Assembly: GCA_037447605.1 (NCBI GenBank)
Contig: CM074809.1
Location: 186,001-250,000 of the forward strand
Length of the DNA: 64,000 nucleotides
Source of the DNA: Zygnema circumcarinatum SAG 698-1b
Lineage: Eukaryota; Plantae; Zygnematophyceae
Reading direction: 5' to 3'
Shown here: positions 24,851 to 38,000 of the stretch, piece after piece
Layout of the letters: the number at the start of each line of letters is the position of its first letter
How positions within the stretch are numbered: the first letter of the stretch is position 1
Program-made: the position numbers and the translations under genes
The notes under the pieces: generated by a model
Seen by the model: only the letters and a program-made list of their open reading frames with translations
The model's database searches: none
What the model was told of the DNA's origin: nothing

Positions 24851-27800
24851 ATGAGGAGAATACGGCAGGAGACGCTCACTGAGAAGATCTATCGCTTCCG
24901 AGGCGTGGCCTTGGTGGTATCCGTGCCGCTTGTTCTGATCGCCATTGTGGTGACAATGATGCCCAGAAGTTCTCCGCTTGAGTCGGGGCGAATGACGGAC
25001 GATCCTCTTGACAGACTTTCAGTGGATGCAAGTGCAATGCAGTCGAAGGAGACGGAGACGACGACGGATGCATCTGATAAATATGCTGTGATTATTGATG
25101 CTGGAAGTACAGGAAGCCGCATTCATGTGTACAAGTTCAATGGAGCGCTGGAGCTTCAGGAAGTTGGAAATGATTTGGAATTGTTTATCAAGGTGCTTGT
25201 TCTCTGCCTGCGCTGCAGCAGCAGCATACCCCCGCCATTTTTTCTTGTTATGCAATCTGCTGTGTGCAGATTGTATCAGATCTGTTTCGTTCCCTTTTCA
25301 GCCCTTCCACAAGAGCGATTGCTGCTGGTTTTGTGGTTTGGAAATGTGAATTCCAATAGAAAGTCATGCATTTGTATGAAAAACTGTCTATTTTAATAGT
25401 CCTGAAAGTCATAATTTGAAAAACCACGTCATGGTTTTCCTGCTAAAATATGCATTCGATGTCGATATACTTTAACAACGTTATGTACGAGCATTGCTCT
25501 CTCAACCCAGCTTGTTTGTGGCTGGAGTTTCTATTAGAAACTTAATCAAGTGTCTGGATCTTTAGCATTGCTAAAAGTTTATCTAATGTACTACTGTTCA
25601 GGTTTTGTTTAGGTGAAGTAATAGCTTGCGGTTTTGCCATACAGATCACACTCTTTTTATTGCAAAATGCATGCATTTTTTTTTTTGTTTAATGATCTGA
25701 ACTGAAACCTTAAAGGATCCATTCAAGGAATGACAGAAGGCTACAATTCTGGATTTATTTATTCTGTCTCAGCATGAATGGTAAAGTTCTTAAAAACTAT
25801 GAGCACTATTGTTAATGGTCGACTAGAGCCTTTTCCTCTGCGGGAAGTCAGTGCATTGTTGTGTATTGTTTGCGGTCGTCCCCATATACGAGCACTAACT
25901 TTTTAACTGATACTCAGTTAAATATTCTGTGATTATGCGCTTGTGACTCAGTTTGCCTTCGTTTAATTGAGTTGGTGGGAGCAGATTAAGCCTGGCCTCA
26001 GTTCATATAAAGATGAACCAACGAAAGGAGGTGAATCCTTCAAGAGCCTTCTCGATAAAGCTCTTGAAGTGGTCCCTGAGTCGCTGCGCAGAGAGACTCC
26101 CGTGCGGGTTGGGGTAAGTCATCATTATCTGTTGGGATGTCTCTTCCTAACATCTTGAGATTTTCGGTATTGGTTTATTTATCGTAATAGGTATTAGCCC
26201 ACTTCTTCACAGAAACACCTTTCGTTTGGTTCCTTGCCTCTCAAAATTTATCGCTTTGCCGGGTAAGAAGCTGTTGAGCTCTTAGATTCCACAATAGTAC
26301 TAAAAAATGTACCTGCCATTTGTTAAGCGTCTCCTCACCATTTTTTTATCCCCTTTCGCCTCTCTCTCTCTTGTTTTTCTTTCCTCTCTCTCTCTTTTTT
26401 TTTTTTCTTTCTTTGGTTGTATTTTTCTTTCGTCTCCCTTTCCCTTTCTATTGTTTCTTTCGGGGGCGGCACAGGCCACGGCTGGTCTTAGGCTTTTACA
26501 AGGAGACCTGGCAGACCAGCTTCTTGGAGAGGTGAGGTTTGTCCAAGGCAGTAGCTCCGCCTCCAAAATGCTTATCCTTCTAAGAAGCCAAAGCCTCGGT
26601 CTCGCAGTTGCATAATGTGAATTATCTTCAATGAAGACGCTGACCTTGAGACGGTATCGTGAGGATTGTGAATGCGCCTAGGAATCGAACCCATCTTGTC
26701 ATGCCAAGTGAGGGAGAGGTGGGGAAAAGAGCGTGAGAGGGGGAAAGAACTTTCCACTTTGTGCTTTTTTTTTTTTCGCGTTCGTTACACAAACGCAACC
26801 TTCAACCTTTCTTTGAAGAGGAGAAATAGTGGTTTGTGTCATGCTTGTCCCTCTATCAGGTGTTGGAGGCTTTTCAGGCTTAACATACGTGCTCTATATG
26901 CCCCTGTCCTTCTTACCTTCTTTTCCTCTCACTCTCTACTACAATTTTCACTTGACTCATTCCTCCCTCCCTTTTGCCTATGTCTCCTTTTCTTTTTTCT
27001 TGCTTCTCTTTCCCCTCTCTCTCTCTTCCTCTTCCCACCTCTCGCCCTCGCCCCCTTCTCTCCCTCTCGTGCTTTCTCCCTCTACTATCTAACCTAACTC
27101 GAACTACCTTGAAGTGGTTCTTACTGTTAGCTCCTTCTATTTCTGTGATGTTGCAGGTTCGAAAGGTGCTTGCTGACTACCCGTTTCAGTTTACAGATGA
27201 AGACGTAAAAATTTTGGATGGTGCAGATGAAGGCTCTTTTGCCTGGGTAAGTGCCAACTTCTGATATTGTCATTGTATACAATACAGGAAATTGAGACAC
27301 AGAGACACAATGAATAAAGGGGTGGTGTGTTGTGACTATCAAACAAAGTTGAGCTGCTACTGTTGATATTCTGACAGAGAGATGGCAGTTTCTCTCTTGA
27401 AGAGAAAAAGGAAGCAAAAAAACATTTAGACAGACCCTACTTCACGGTGTCAGAAACGTATTTTATAATGGCATGTCATTGGGTTTGCTGGTGCATTATG
27501 CGTCGGAATCGTCCTTGCTCTCTTTTCTCCTGTCTGTCCATACTTCAATTAAGAGGAAGGGAGGTTTCGCTGGCTTGACTGATTATTGTTGCTTTAATGA
27601 ACTGAGATGGTCACACCTTTGCTTCATAATGCTTCGTCCTTACCTTTTGAACATTTATGCCTGCAGTTTGCTTCGTCTTGCGCACGCCTCATCTCCCTCT
27701 CCATCTCATCTCGCTCATCTCCTCTCTTTCCTCTCCCTCTTACCTCTCCTCTCTCTAAGTCTCATGTCTCTCTTTCAATGTCCCTCGTTGTTTGATTTTG

Positions 27801-30151
27801 TGCCTGTGCTGCAGATGACAGTGAACTACCTTCTGGGAAAATTAGGGCAAGAGATTGTAGATACTGTGGGCGTCATCGATTTGGGAGGAGGCTCTGTGCA
27901 GCTTACGTACGCAGTCTCGGATGATGTTGCAGAAAAGGCGCCATCGGACTATGTGCGCAAGGTTAAGGGAATGGGCAAGGCTTACAATCTCTACGTGCAC
28001 AGGTTCATTTTCCCCGTCCTCTTCATGCCATGCACATCATTCTTGGTAGATTTGTAACTTTGTTGCCATGTGCTGTTGGGAAAGGACTTGAAAATGCAGT
28101 CAAGCGAGTAATTTGCAATGCCTCGTAATTTGGCAACGGAACGACCTTCAATCTGCTTGTTGCTTGAAACCCCTTGTTTCAATTTTAGCCTGGAAGTGAA
28201 TGAATGTTATCTATCGCCTTCAAGTTATTCCAGAACAGTGTTGTCGTTTGAAAGTGTCAAAACGAATCTCTTGCCATTGATTCAATATTTAGTGGACACT
28301 AAATTTATGTCTTTATTGAATAATTGAATAACTGAATTGTCCGATCGCATCTATGTTTTCGTTTCCCGAGAGGGGACTTCAGGGTGGGTCTGAATCCGAG
28401 TCCTATTGCGGACAGGATTCAACAGAAAAATCAGACTCTCTGATGAGATCTTGTTCAAGCTGATACATGAATTTTTATGCTTGCTGTTTCAAGTTTGTTC
28501 ACATCAAAACACCTGTTTCAGGTGATGGTGCGTATCTGTTTTTGTCATGTTCTGTTGCCACCTAACCTGGCTTCCCGATGGATTGCAGTTATCTTGGATA
28601 CGGTCTGATGGCAGCACGAGCTGAAATGTTGAAACGTTGGGAACACAACGACGGGCACCCCTGCATTGTTAGGGGCTTCAGTGGTACATGGTCCATACTT
28701 TCCTCTCTGTTTATACATAAAATTTATTTCCTAGAGCATGCTGCAGCTTCTGCAGATTCCCCTACATGTTTCAGATGTCGCTCTATATGCAGTTTTGTTG
28801 TCTTTAAATGGCGGGTATTTAAGTACTGTTTATTCTTCCGGTCCTGGGATACTTCTGGAAAATGCAGATGAGTACCACTATGGTCAGAAGAGCTATCCTG
28901 CAGTGGCCAGTACGGATGGAGCCTCTCATGAACAGTGTGTGGCAGTGGCGAAGGCAGCGCTCAACCTTGATACAAGCTGTACCTTTGAGAAATGCTCCTT
29001 CAATGGAATTTGGAGTGGAGGTGGGGGTGCGGGAGTGCAGAATGTCTATGTGGCCTCGTACTTCTTCGACCGAGCTGGAGAGGTAAGAACTGAGGCAGAT
29101 ATGCTCTCACCCTTGGTGCTGCCAGAAGCCTTTTTCCATTTCTTTTCGCGTATCAATGGAGGCTGGATAGGAGAAAAAGAGAACTTGGATAGACAGAAGA
29201 GGGAAAGTGGACGGGGGGATGGGGCGCAAGATAAGGAGATAAGCATAGAAAGTGAATGTGAGAGGGAACAGGAAAAGAGAGTCTGCGTAAAAGAGTACAT
29301 TTTTTTTCTATTCGCAGTAGTTACTGTCTTTGGGAGCCTGGCTGTGGACCTTCAAAACTTCAATACTGCACTGTTCTTATGCTGAGGCTTGTCTTCATTA
29401 GCATTTGAGAATCCAAGCCGCTCAGGAAACTCCTGTTCTTGGGGGCTTTGGAAGCAGCTCGGAGTGATTCCGGACGCCAAAGTCCCTTCAGTGGAGGTGA
29501 CTCCCAAGCAATTCAAGGAAGCTGCTGAGAAAGTGTGCCCCACTCCATTGGAGGATATAGAGAAGTCCTTCCCAGACGTTGAGAAGAAGGACGCGGGATA
29601 TGTCTGCCTGGACATCACCTATCAGTATACGCTACTGACTGCTGGATTTGGTATGAGGCTGCTCTCCATGTTGATCCCTCACTTCTGTAGCGCAACGAGC
29701 ATTAGTGTTAGAGTTACGGTTGGGACTGTAGGGTGTTGAGATTTAGGGTTTGGACTTTATAGTTGCGATTCTAGGGCTGGGATTCCGGAATTGGGACTTT
29801 GAGGTTGGGATTTTAGAGAGTGGGATTTCAGGGCTGGGACTTTAGGGGAAAGATTTTAGGGTTAGGACGTCTGTGTTGGTAATTTTACGGTTGAGACTTA
29901 AGGCAGTCGTCAAAGTTTGAGCGTTTCTGAAGCATAGTGCCTCTCCTACAACGGTTGGCATTGTGACATATCTGGAAGCTGGTTCATTTTTTGTTTTGAA
30001 ACGGTACTGACTGACATGCGAACCCTGCGGCCCTGTCGGTGCAGGCATTGGGGACGACTCGAAAGTCACTCTGGTGAAGCAGGTCATCTACAAAGAGAAG
30101 GAGGTGGAGGCAGCCTGGCCTCTCGGAGCAGCCATAGCTGCACTCTCATAG
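24851..30151 (+). CDS. APY: Apyrase / NTPDase (GDA1_CD39 family), APY1/APY2 type, type II membrane protein; 9 exons
   Basis: [38 protein letters not shown] (N-terminal anchor). ACR1 [17 protein letters not shown]; IKPGLSSY; ACR2 ATAGLRLL; ACR3 [10 protein letters not shown]; ACR4 [11 protein letters not shown]; HSYLGYGL; SYFFDRA; CLDITY; ACR5 AAWPLGAAI; stop TAG ends at 30151. Confidence 0.96.
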
Positions 30152-31559
30152 CGGCCTCTGTGCGAGGGAGAAGAAGAGAGGGGACAGAGAGAGAGAGAGG
30201 GAGAGAGTGATTGAGAGAGACAGAGAAAGGAGAGCCCACCTCAGAGAGCGGCAGTTGAAATGCCGTCTCTCAGCATCCCGATGTTTATTTTTGGCAAAAG
30301 GTCCACCTGGAAGGAGGCGGTATTTATGAGTTGCTAGCTTTGCAAGCAATGTGGTTTCAGGGTACCGAGGGGACTTACGGAGCTGCCTTCTATTGAGAGG
30401 CCTTCTTTGCAGTCAGTGCTCCGCGATGCATCCTGTGAGTTGTGATGGTTGATTTCAGGGGGGAGGGAGGGAGAGAGGAAGGGAGGGAATGAGGGAAGGA
30501 GGTAGTGAGGGAGAGAGAAAATGAGATTGACCTAAGTCTTTTGCACTTGTCTGGTTGTTTGACCAATTATGCGCTAAATTTTGTAATGGCAAAAATAGCT
30601 TGGCACGCTTTCATGATATGAAATCGTGCCTTGACATGGCATGGCGTCCTCTGCAGGTTCGCATTGACGAGTGGGATTACCAATAAACCCTGAGAGAACC
30701 TGAAAACCCTGAATACTTTGTTGTGCTGATGTGTTCTACCTGTCCTTTGGTGAATTTTGGTCGAGAGATGTTTATTACCTAACTAAAGAAGAAAAACATC
30801 TGCACAACGCAGATAATTTTTATTTTCCTATTACGGTGTAAGAAATGCAGTCTTTCAAAACACCAAGTGGAAATTTCTAAGCCCCTAATCTCCTTAGGTT
30901 CCCAGCGGCCCATGCAGGTCTCGTCCGTAATCTTAGTGCACGCCAGCCGGTTCGAACACGCAATCTCCCACCGCCTCCTCCTTCCAAAGCAGTGGGCCTT
31001 CGCGGTTACAGCTATGGAAAATTTTCAATTTCAGAGTCCCTACTTTGTATTTCATAACTTTGCAATAGTACGCAGGTTCTCCTCCGCGCAAATACTTGAG
31101 TTTTTATGACGTCATCATTTCGTGAACATGCGGCGCTTTTTGTCGCTTTCTAATGCCCGAAAAATGATGACGTAAGCGGCAGATTACATAAAGTACAAAT
31201 TGGAATTCGTACAGTGTACGAACGGCTAGGTCTGTACTTTCTCGTACTATACCGTGCAGTTTCGTACATTGACGTAGCTGAACTGTACGGCCTGTCCTTT
31301 GCCCCTTGCAACGGTCGATACCGTCTCTCTCTCTCTCGCTGTTCCTCTCTCTCTCTCCTCTTCCTCTCTCTCTGCTTCTGCCTCGCTCTCTCTCTCCCTC
31401 TTCCAGCACTGCCTCCCTCTTCCTCTTTAAGCAGATTCAGTGAGTATCGCAGGACTCGTATTTCATGCCCTACTCTGTAAGAAAAAGAAGCAGAAGTAGA
31501 ATAAGAAGGTGAAGGGCGAGGTGGTGGGAGCTGCCGTGAAAGTTGGCGCTCTCGCTGCA

Positions 31560-34227
31560 ATGTCTGCCGCAGTCCTGGGCAAGCGCTCCCTTCTAGAGGA
31601 CCTCTACAGCTCTCCGCCTCTCAGCAAACGCGGCCGCTGCTGCGGAGGGACCTCCTCGCCGCCCGCGCGGTTCTGCGCCCCCGCTCCAGACGACTTGGGA
31701 ACTCTGCGCCAGATATTCCCCGCCATGGATGGAACTGTGCGTTGCAGGGGATTTGTGTATTTGTAGAAATATGATGTTAGAATATGCTGTTTTTTTAAGA
31801 AGAAAGGTTTGTTTCAGGTTTTTTTTTTCTCTTTTTCCCATTTGTTTGTTCTTTGCATGCAAGAAAGGAAGGCTGTGTTTGGTACAAGGTTGATGGTCAC
31901 GATGATGCATGATGTTGAGCATGTGACGACATCATGCTGATCATAGTCGTGTGTGATGCTGATGACGATGAAAACTATGGTTACATGTTTAGTCTGGTTG
32001 AAATGGTGTAGGTCTTTCTCCAATGAGAAACAACGCTGCATGAGAGACATCAGCAGAGGGTGATCGTTTTTTTTCCTCTGAAACTGAGTTGAGTCTCACT
32101 AGGTTTATACGGGTGAGTTTGCAGACAGCCTTGCGTATCGACTGAAATCAATATGTACTGTTCTTGGCAATATTTTTCTGATTGATGATCCCTTTCTTGA
32201 TTGAGTGCAGATCCTCCAAAAAGTATTGGAGTCCTGCGGAAATGACATCAACGCTGCAATTCGCAGTTTGAATGAGTTGAGGCTCGGGTCTAATGACGGT
32301 GAAGCAGATAGTGAATGTGCTGCACGTGCTGAGCCAGACACTGCAGCATGTGCTCAAGGTATGTGCCTGAAAGAGAGGCTCAAGTTGTCTTCAGATTGGT
32401 GACTTGGTGTGGGTTTCCAGTAAATTGACAGTGCGGATGTCAGAGGAAAAACTGCCTGAAATATGTTTTGTCAGCTGATTAAATGGGACAAGTGAGAATT
32501 GCGTCATGGGAAGAGGACGTTTTTTTTGCGTATGTTTGTATGATGTACATGTGTTGTGTATGCCACGTAAGTCAGAAAGCTTATGGAGCCTTACATAGTG
32601 TATCTGCTTCCAACCCAATGACCGGTTTCTCAGGGATTGATGATGTTGATGTGCCTGATTGATGGATGTGCTTGGTGTTTCACAGCGATGGTTTTTTGTG
32701 AAGATAAACCTGTATCGGTGTCTGCCTGTCCGTCCGTCTTTAGTGCATGATTCAGTGTTCACGGTTTTTCGATATAGTTTCAACGCCCTCCTTTTTTGTT
32801 ATGCGTTAAAAGCTTGGGCATCTTTGCCGGCTAAAATAGACATTTGGTTCATGAATGGATTCATCTCAGGTACTGTCGGAAAGTTGAACTCATTGCCTGA
32901 TTCTTGACGTTTCATGAGGTGGCATGCGTCGTTCTTCTTTCGCAGCTCCCGTTTAGGAAGTTCCTGACAGTCAACTCTGCCAATTTTACCATAGTCGTGA
33001 CATGACTCTTCACTGAGTGCTGCTTTCCTAAGGACTATAGAATGTCTATCATGTATAACCTATTATTTTTATCTCAGCTAATTTGTGGAATGTCACTCGA
33101 ATGTGGCATTAAATGCTTCCAATAATGTAAAGGACCCTAGTAACCCTAATGTTTCTTTGATCTGCTTCTGCAGATGCTGGGAATCCTGCCGAGACGACCG
33201 CTTCCAGCAGTGCCTGCAGAGAGAACAGTGCCCAACGGCAGCAGCAGGAGCAGCCGCCAGCTCAGCAGCAACCTTCTCAACAGCAGCAGCAGCAACAGCA
33301 GCAGCAACAGGCAGCACCTTTTGATCCGGCGAATATGGGAGCAGAAGATTGGGTTGAGCTTGTTGTGCGGGAGATGATGACGTCAGCGGATCTGGATGAT
33401 GCAAGGGGAAGGGCAGCGCGAGTCCTGGAAACTTTTGAAAAAGCAGTACAGCTTAGGAGGGCAGAAGGGTCCCCGGAAGCGAAGGTATGTTTCACATCGG
33501 CAGAGTTTTTTGATTGTTATAAGTTTGGATTGAATGCTGCAATGTGAGTTGTAGAAGGGCAGTTGCACCGGATGGCAGTTTCTAACACTTCTGTTTCCCT
33601 TAGCAGGAAATTGCCACTCTGCGGGAGCAAGTCATGAAGCTTAGTCAGGACAACCATATTCTGAAGAAGGCAGTAACTGCATACCATTCTCGGCAGCAGG
33701 AGCATGAAGGGAGAGGCCGAGAACTGCAACAGCTGAAGCAGCTGCTCTCACAATACCAAGAGCAGCTTCGTTCCCTCGAGGTCAACCCACTCATCCTCTC
33801 CTTCGCTTTTTGCAGCTTCAGTTATTGGAAGCCCCGCACCGTCTGCAAACTAAAATTCTCTCACTGTCACTTCCAGGTCCAGCATGGGTAATTAGTGCAG
33901 TGATTCAGTAGCAGTAGTTTCTTCAATTGTGTTGGAATCTAAAGCGGATCTTAGATAAGCAGAACCCTTCAAACCGATATTCTAGTTCGTATATTGTAGG
34001 TGTCGGTCCTTTGTTATGGAAGGCCAGAGAGCGAGAGAGAGTCATAGAGAGGGAAAAGAGAGAGGGAGGGAGGGAGGGAGAGAGAGGGAGATAGAGATAG
34101 GATCCATGTGACGTGACTGACCCTGTTGCTTGTGCTGCAGGTCACGAACTATGCGTTGAATCTCCACCTGAAGACTGCACAGCAGGCGAGCTCCATTCCG
34201 GGCCGCTTCCATCCCGATGTATTTTAA
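31560..34227 (+). CDS. Plant ubiquitin-binding CUE-domain protein with C-terminal coiled coil; 5 exons
   Basis: MSAAVLGKRSLLEDL...LRQIFPAMDGT|ILQKVLESCGNDINAAIRSLNELRL (CUE); poly-Q linker; AEDWVELVVREMMTSADLDDARGRAARVLETFEK; QYQEQLRSLE|VTNYALNLHLKTAQQASSIPGRFHPDVF*. The C-terminal motif is recalled from this conserved plant family. Confidence 0.92.
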
Positions 34228-35063
34228 CCAAGTAAGGCAGAGGTGCTGCTTCCTGCTTATTACCTGTACAATGGCCCGTTTCTTTTCCCCCAGTCGGGAT
34301 CCATTCACTCCTTTTGTTAATGGAAACGCGGTTCCGTCTGTCCCAACGGCTGGCAGTTCCGTTCAGTTTACAACGCTTTCGTGGAAACAGGAGGTGCTCC
34401 CCATGGAAAGCGCCTGTGGTCATTCCCAAATTGGTGGTGAAAGATGCCTTCGGAAGGTCACATGGGACTTTAGGGTGCAGCTGCATGGCACAAGATATGC
34501 TTTTTTTATGCAGGTAGCTGCTGACACAGTCATTTGTTGTTGGATTCTTTTGGTTTTAGGGTTAGGGTTTGCAAGGTTTTTTTTAATGTACCTGAGAGTC
34601 GCCCTCTTCGTGCCTGCATTCACTCACTCGTGCAATGGGGGCTTGGGGAGGAGAGAGGGCGGGCGCCGAGAGGGAGGAGAGGGTCTGGGTCCCTATGAAA
34701 GATTTTCTCTGTTTACTGATTTAACTGACGACGCGAAGTCATCGTTGGAAGTTTAATGCATATGTGACAAGATTTTGCACTTTTAAATGACATTGAGCGC
34801 TGGGGGCTTTGCACATTCATCCATCCATGTGCAACGCATGTAGCGATTTGGCCCCTCAGCACGCAGTGCTTGCTGTCTTCTTCGTCCACACGAATGATTT
34901 CCATGTGTAAATTGTTCAAATAACGGCTCATGATTGAATGAGATACGTAAAGTAATCACTGTACTGTAATGAAGGAAGAACTTTCATTCTCTCAACCTGA
35001 AGTCCTTGCGCCCTAAACCCTTATCCTGATCCCTGATCACTTCCAGCCCTACACACTCTCTCC

Positions 35064-38000
35064 TCATCCAGCCACCCCTCTGTTCCCTTCCCTCTCCCTC
35101 TCCCCCTCCCTCTCCATCTCCCCCTCCCTCCCATACACGGCTTCCAGCGCGTTCCTGAGCCTCAACACGGGCACGTGCCGCGGTAAGTTATTGCTCCGCC
35201 ATCCCACGTGGCCGTCGGGCCGCACCAGAATGCTTCCATGCGGCTCAGTATCACAGAGAGACCACCATTCCATGTGGGGGTCTTCCAGTACAACGGTCTC
35301 AAACCCCTTCCACTTATTTTTCACATATGAAAGGGCCTCCCTCCCCAGGCCCGGACTGGCCACTATGGCGACTCGCCCTGGGAGGGCCATTCTCTGGCAG
35401 GCAGTCCACATGGCGGCCCCCCATTGGACGCCGCTCGGCGACCAGGACACCATCAGAGTGCATGCGAGAGAGCCGCTGGGACTCAGGTCCAACGTAGACA
35501 GAATTTCCTGCCAAAAGAACCCAAAAATAGAAAAAAAAAAAAAGAAGAAAGAAAGAAAGAAAGAAAGAAAGAGAAGAAAAGAGAAGTAAAGGAAAAAAAA
35601 AAAAAAATCTTCCACAGTGAGAAAGGGAGAAGCACAAACCCTAAAAGGCTCAAAGGAAGGCCTGCAACTTGGGAACCCTAAATTGTAGAAACCCTAAAAG
35701 TTTGCGCTCACCCGATCCTCCTCCTCCGCCCCCTCCCATGCTACAAGGCGCATATTAAGATGTGGAAGGCGGGATCCGGGCACAGCGGAGGGAACATAGC
35801 TGTGCCCTTGCCCTGCTGGAGACTCCCTTGACATTTCATCCCACTCCCACATGAGCGCTCCCTCTCGATACCTGAAAGACACAACAACGTTTTTAGGGTT
35901 CTTAGAAAAAAAAACGAAACATTTTTTTTATTATTTTATTTTGTTTTTCAGCGTTGAATCTTTCCAAGCAAAGTTAGAGATTATAGCAATTCAAAGGTAA
36001 GCCTTGTTTTCCATATTTCCTGCAGCACCCTCACGAATCGCAGGCGAAGCAGCAGCAGCTACAAAGGGTGTGAACAGAAAATGAATGATTTCAAACATGA
36101 ACGATCTCTTCTTCCTCGTTTTTTGGGTTGCAAGGTAAGAGGGAGTGGAAGAGGGGCAGAGAGGGAGAGAGCGAGAGCAAAAGGAGCGGGGGAAGGGAGA
36201 GGGGGGAGGAGGGAGGAGGGAGAGAGGAAAGGGGAGGGAGATGATTATCATCACGCTGGATTAGGGTTAAGCTCCATACCTGAACCCTAAATCTTCTGCA
36301 GGAAATTGCAGCTGCAGACTCTTTCCGTTGCTTATTATGCGGTGAACTGAGATAAGCCGTGCTCGACCAACAGGATTCTCCGGATTCAGCACCCACTCTG
36401 AAAGTTGCCGTCTCCCAAAAGCCATGGCTTGCTCCATCATTGCTTTTTGCGACTCTAAAGGAAGGAGACTCGCGGGAGGGGTCTTCACCAGCTGCTGAAT
36501 GAACCTGTCCGAATCAACGAACTGACCAATAAGGGGATATGAAAATTATGGTTTCAAATTATGGTTCTTTGGTTTTATGGGGTGAAGGATTTCTAGGTTT
36601 ACATAGTGAGCTTTTTTTGCGATACCGGCGTTTTGGGGGAGTTCGTGGGATGAAGTTTGAGATTCAGAAGGTCAAAAGTTCTTTTGGGTTTCTGCACATT
36701 CTTCGGATTTTTGGTGAAGGGAATCACCGAGCGGCATTGGGAGGGATTCCGAGAACCCGCGGAATGGACATTGCTGCTTCGTAATTGGCCACACTCAGAG
36801 CGGTGTTGCTCAACGCCACCTGCTCCCTCCCTCCCTCCCGCTCACCGTAAACGACGTTGGCTACGGGGGGGGGCGAGAGCGAGAGAGAGGGAGAGGAAGA
36901 GGGAGGGNNNNNNNNNNGAGGAGGGAAGGGGGAGGGAGGGAGGGGGGGAGGAGGGAAGGGGGGAAGGGGGGAGGGAGAGGGGGAGGGAGAGGGGGAAGGG
37001 GGGGAGAAATGGGGAGGGGCAGGGGCAGGGGGAGGGGACGGAGGGGAGGGGTGGAGAAATCAACATAAAAGCGAGACCAATTTACTTCACCTACATCCAC
37101 TGATGTTTTCCCTCTAAAATATCCACAAGTACTCACTATTTCTATGGTTCACGCAGTTCTATGCGGGAATTCAAGGGAGAAGGAAGGAGAAAAGTTTCTG
37201 CAGTTTCTGAAAATTTTGTTACTTGTCCTTATTCGACAGTCCTCAAATAGTTTTAAGAGTTTCTCGAGCTTTCTTTTTCACACCTGTTTCCGTTCTGTCT
37301 CATACGTTTGCAAAAGCTTTGGGCCCCCATTTCCGTACAGAACTGCAGCCAACTTCCAGGCTAAGTTGTGAGCATCCTGAACCCCTGAGTTCAAACCTGC
37401 AAACCAAAAACCCAAAAATACAAAACCATAAATAACATTTCTCGTTCCTTGTTCCTTGTTGTTGCTGTTGTTGTTATTAGGAACCTGAAAAAACCATATC
37501 TCTTCCTTGCTTAAGCTTCCTTTTAAGCCATACCTTATTTTTTTAAGATAAGACAAGCAAAGAAAAGGTGAGATAAGGTAAGACAAGATAAAGAAGAAGA
37601 TATGAAGAAGATATGAAGATATATAGAGCATTTGCGAGTAAAGTCAAATCGCTCACCGAAGCCCCCTGCAGGAGGAAAGCGATGAGCTGCATCTCCCGTT
37701 AGCAGAACTCTCCCACTCCCTCCCTCGCTCCCTCTCCCGCACACAAACTGAGAGGCGACTTGAGCCGTCATCACCCACTGCCTCACCTCTCTCACTCTCA
37801 TCTTTAAGGGGCCCATTCCCGCCGCCTTCTCCAACAGCGCTTTGCACACCTGCGCGGGTTTAGGGTTTGCTGCGGAGATGCTCAGAAGGTTGGGGGGCGC
37901 GAGTGGACCATATGACGAGAGAGGGGAGGGAGGGGGGGGGGGAGAGAGAGAGAGAGAGAACGAGGGAGAGGGAGAGAGAGGAGGGGGAGGGAGAGAGAGC

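Noticed and set aside
36846-36860. 15-nt candidate microexon (PTSFT) with good AG/GT ends in the monooxygenase
   Set aside because: The following intron would be only 26 nt, and the flanking exons already join well (ERKQ|VALSNT). It lies next to an assembly gap, so it could be a collapse artefact and is unsupported without RNA data.
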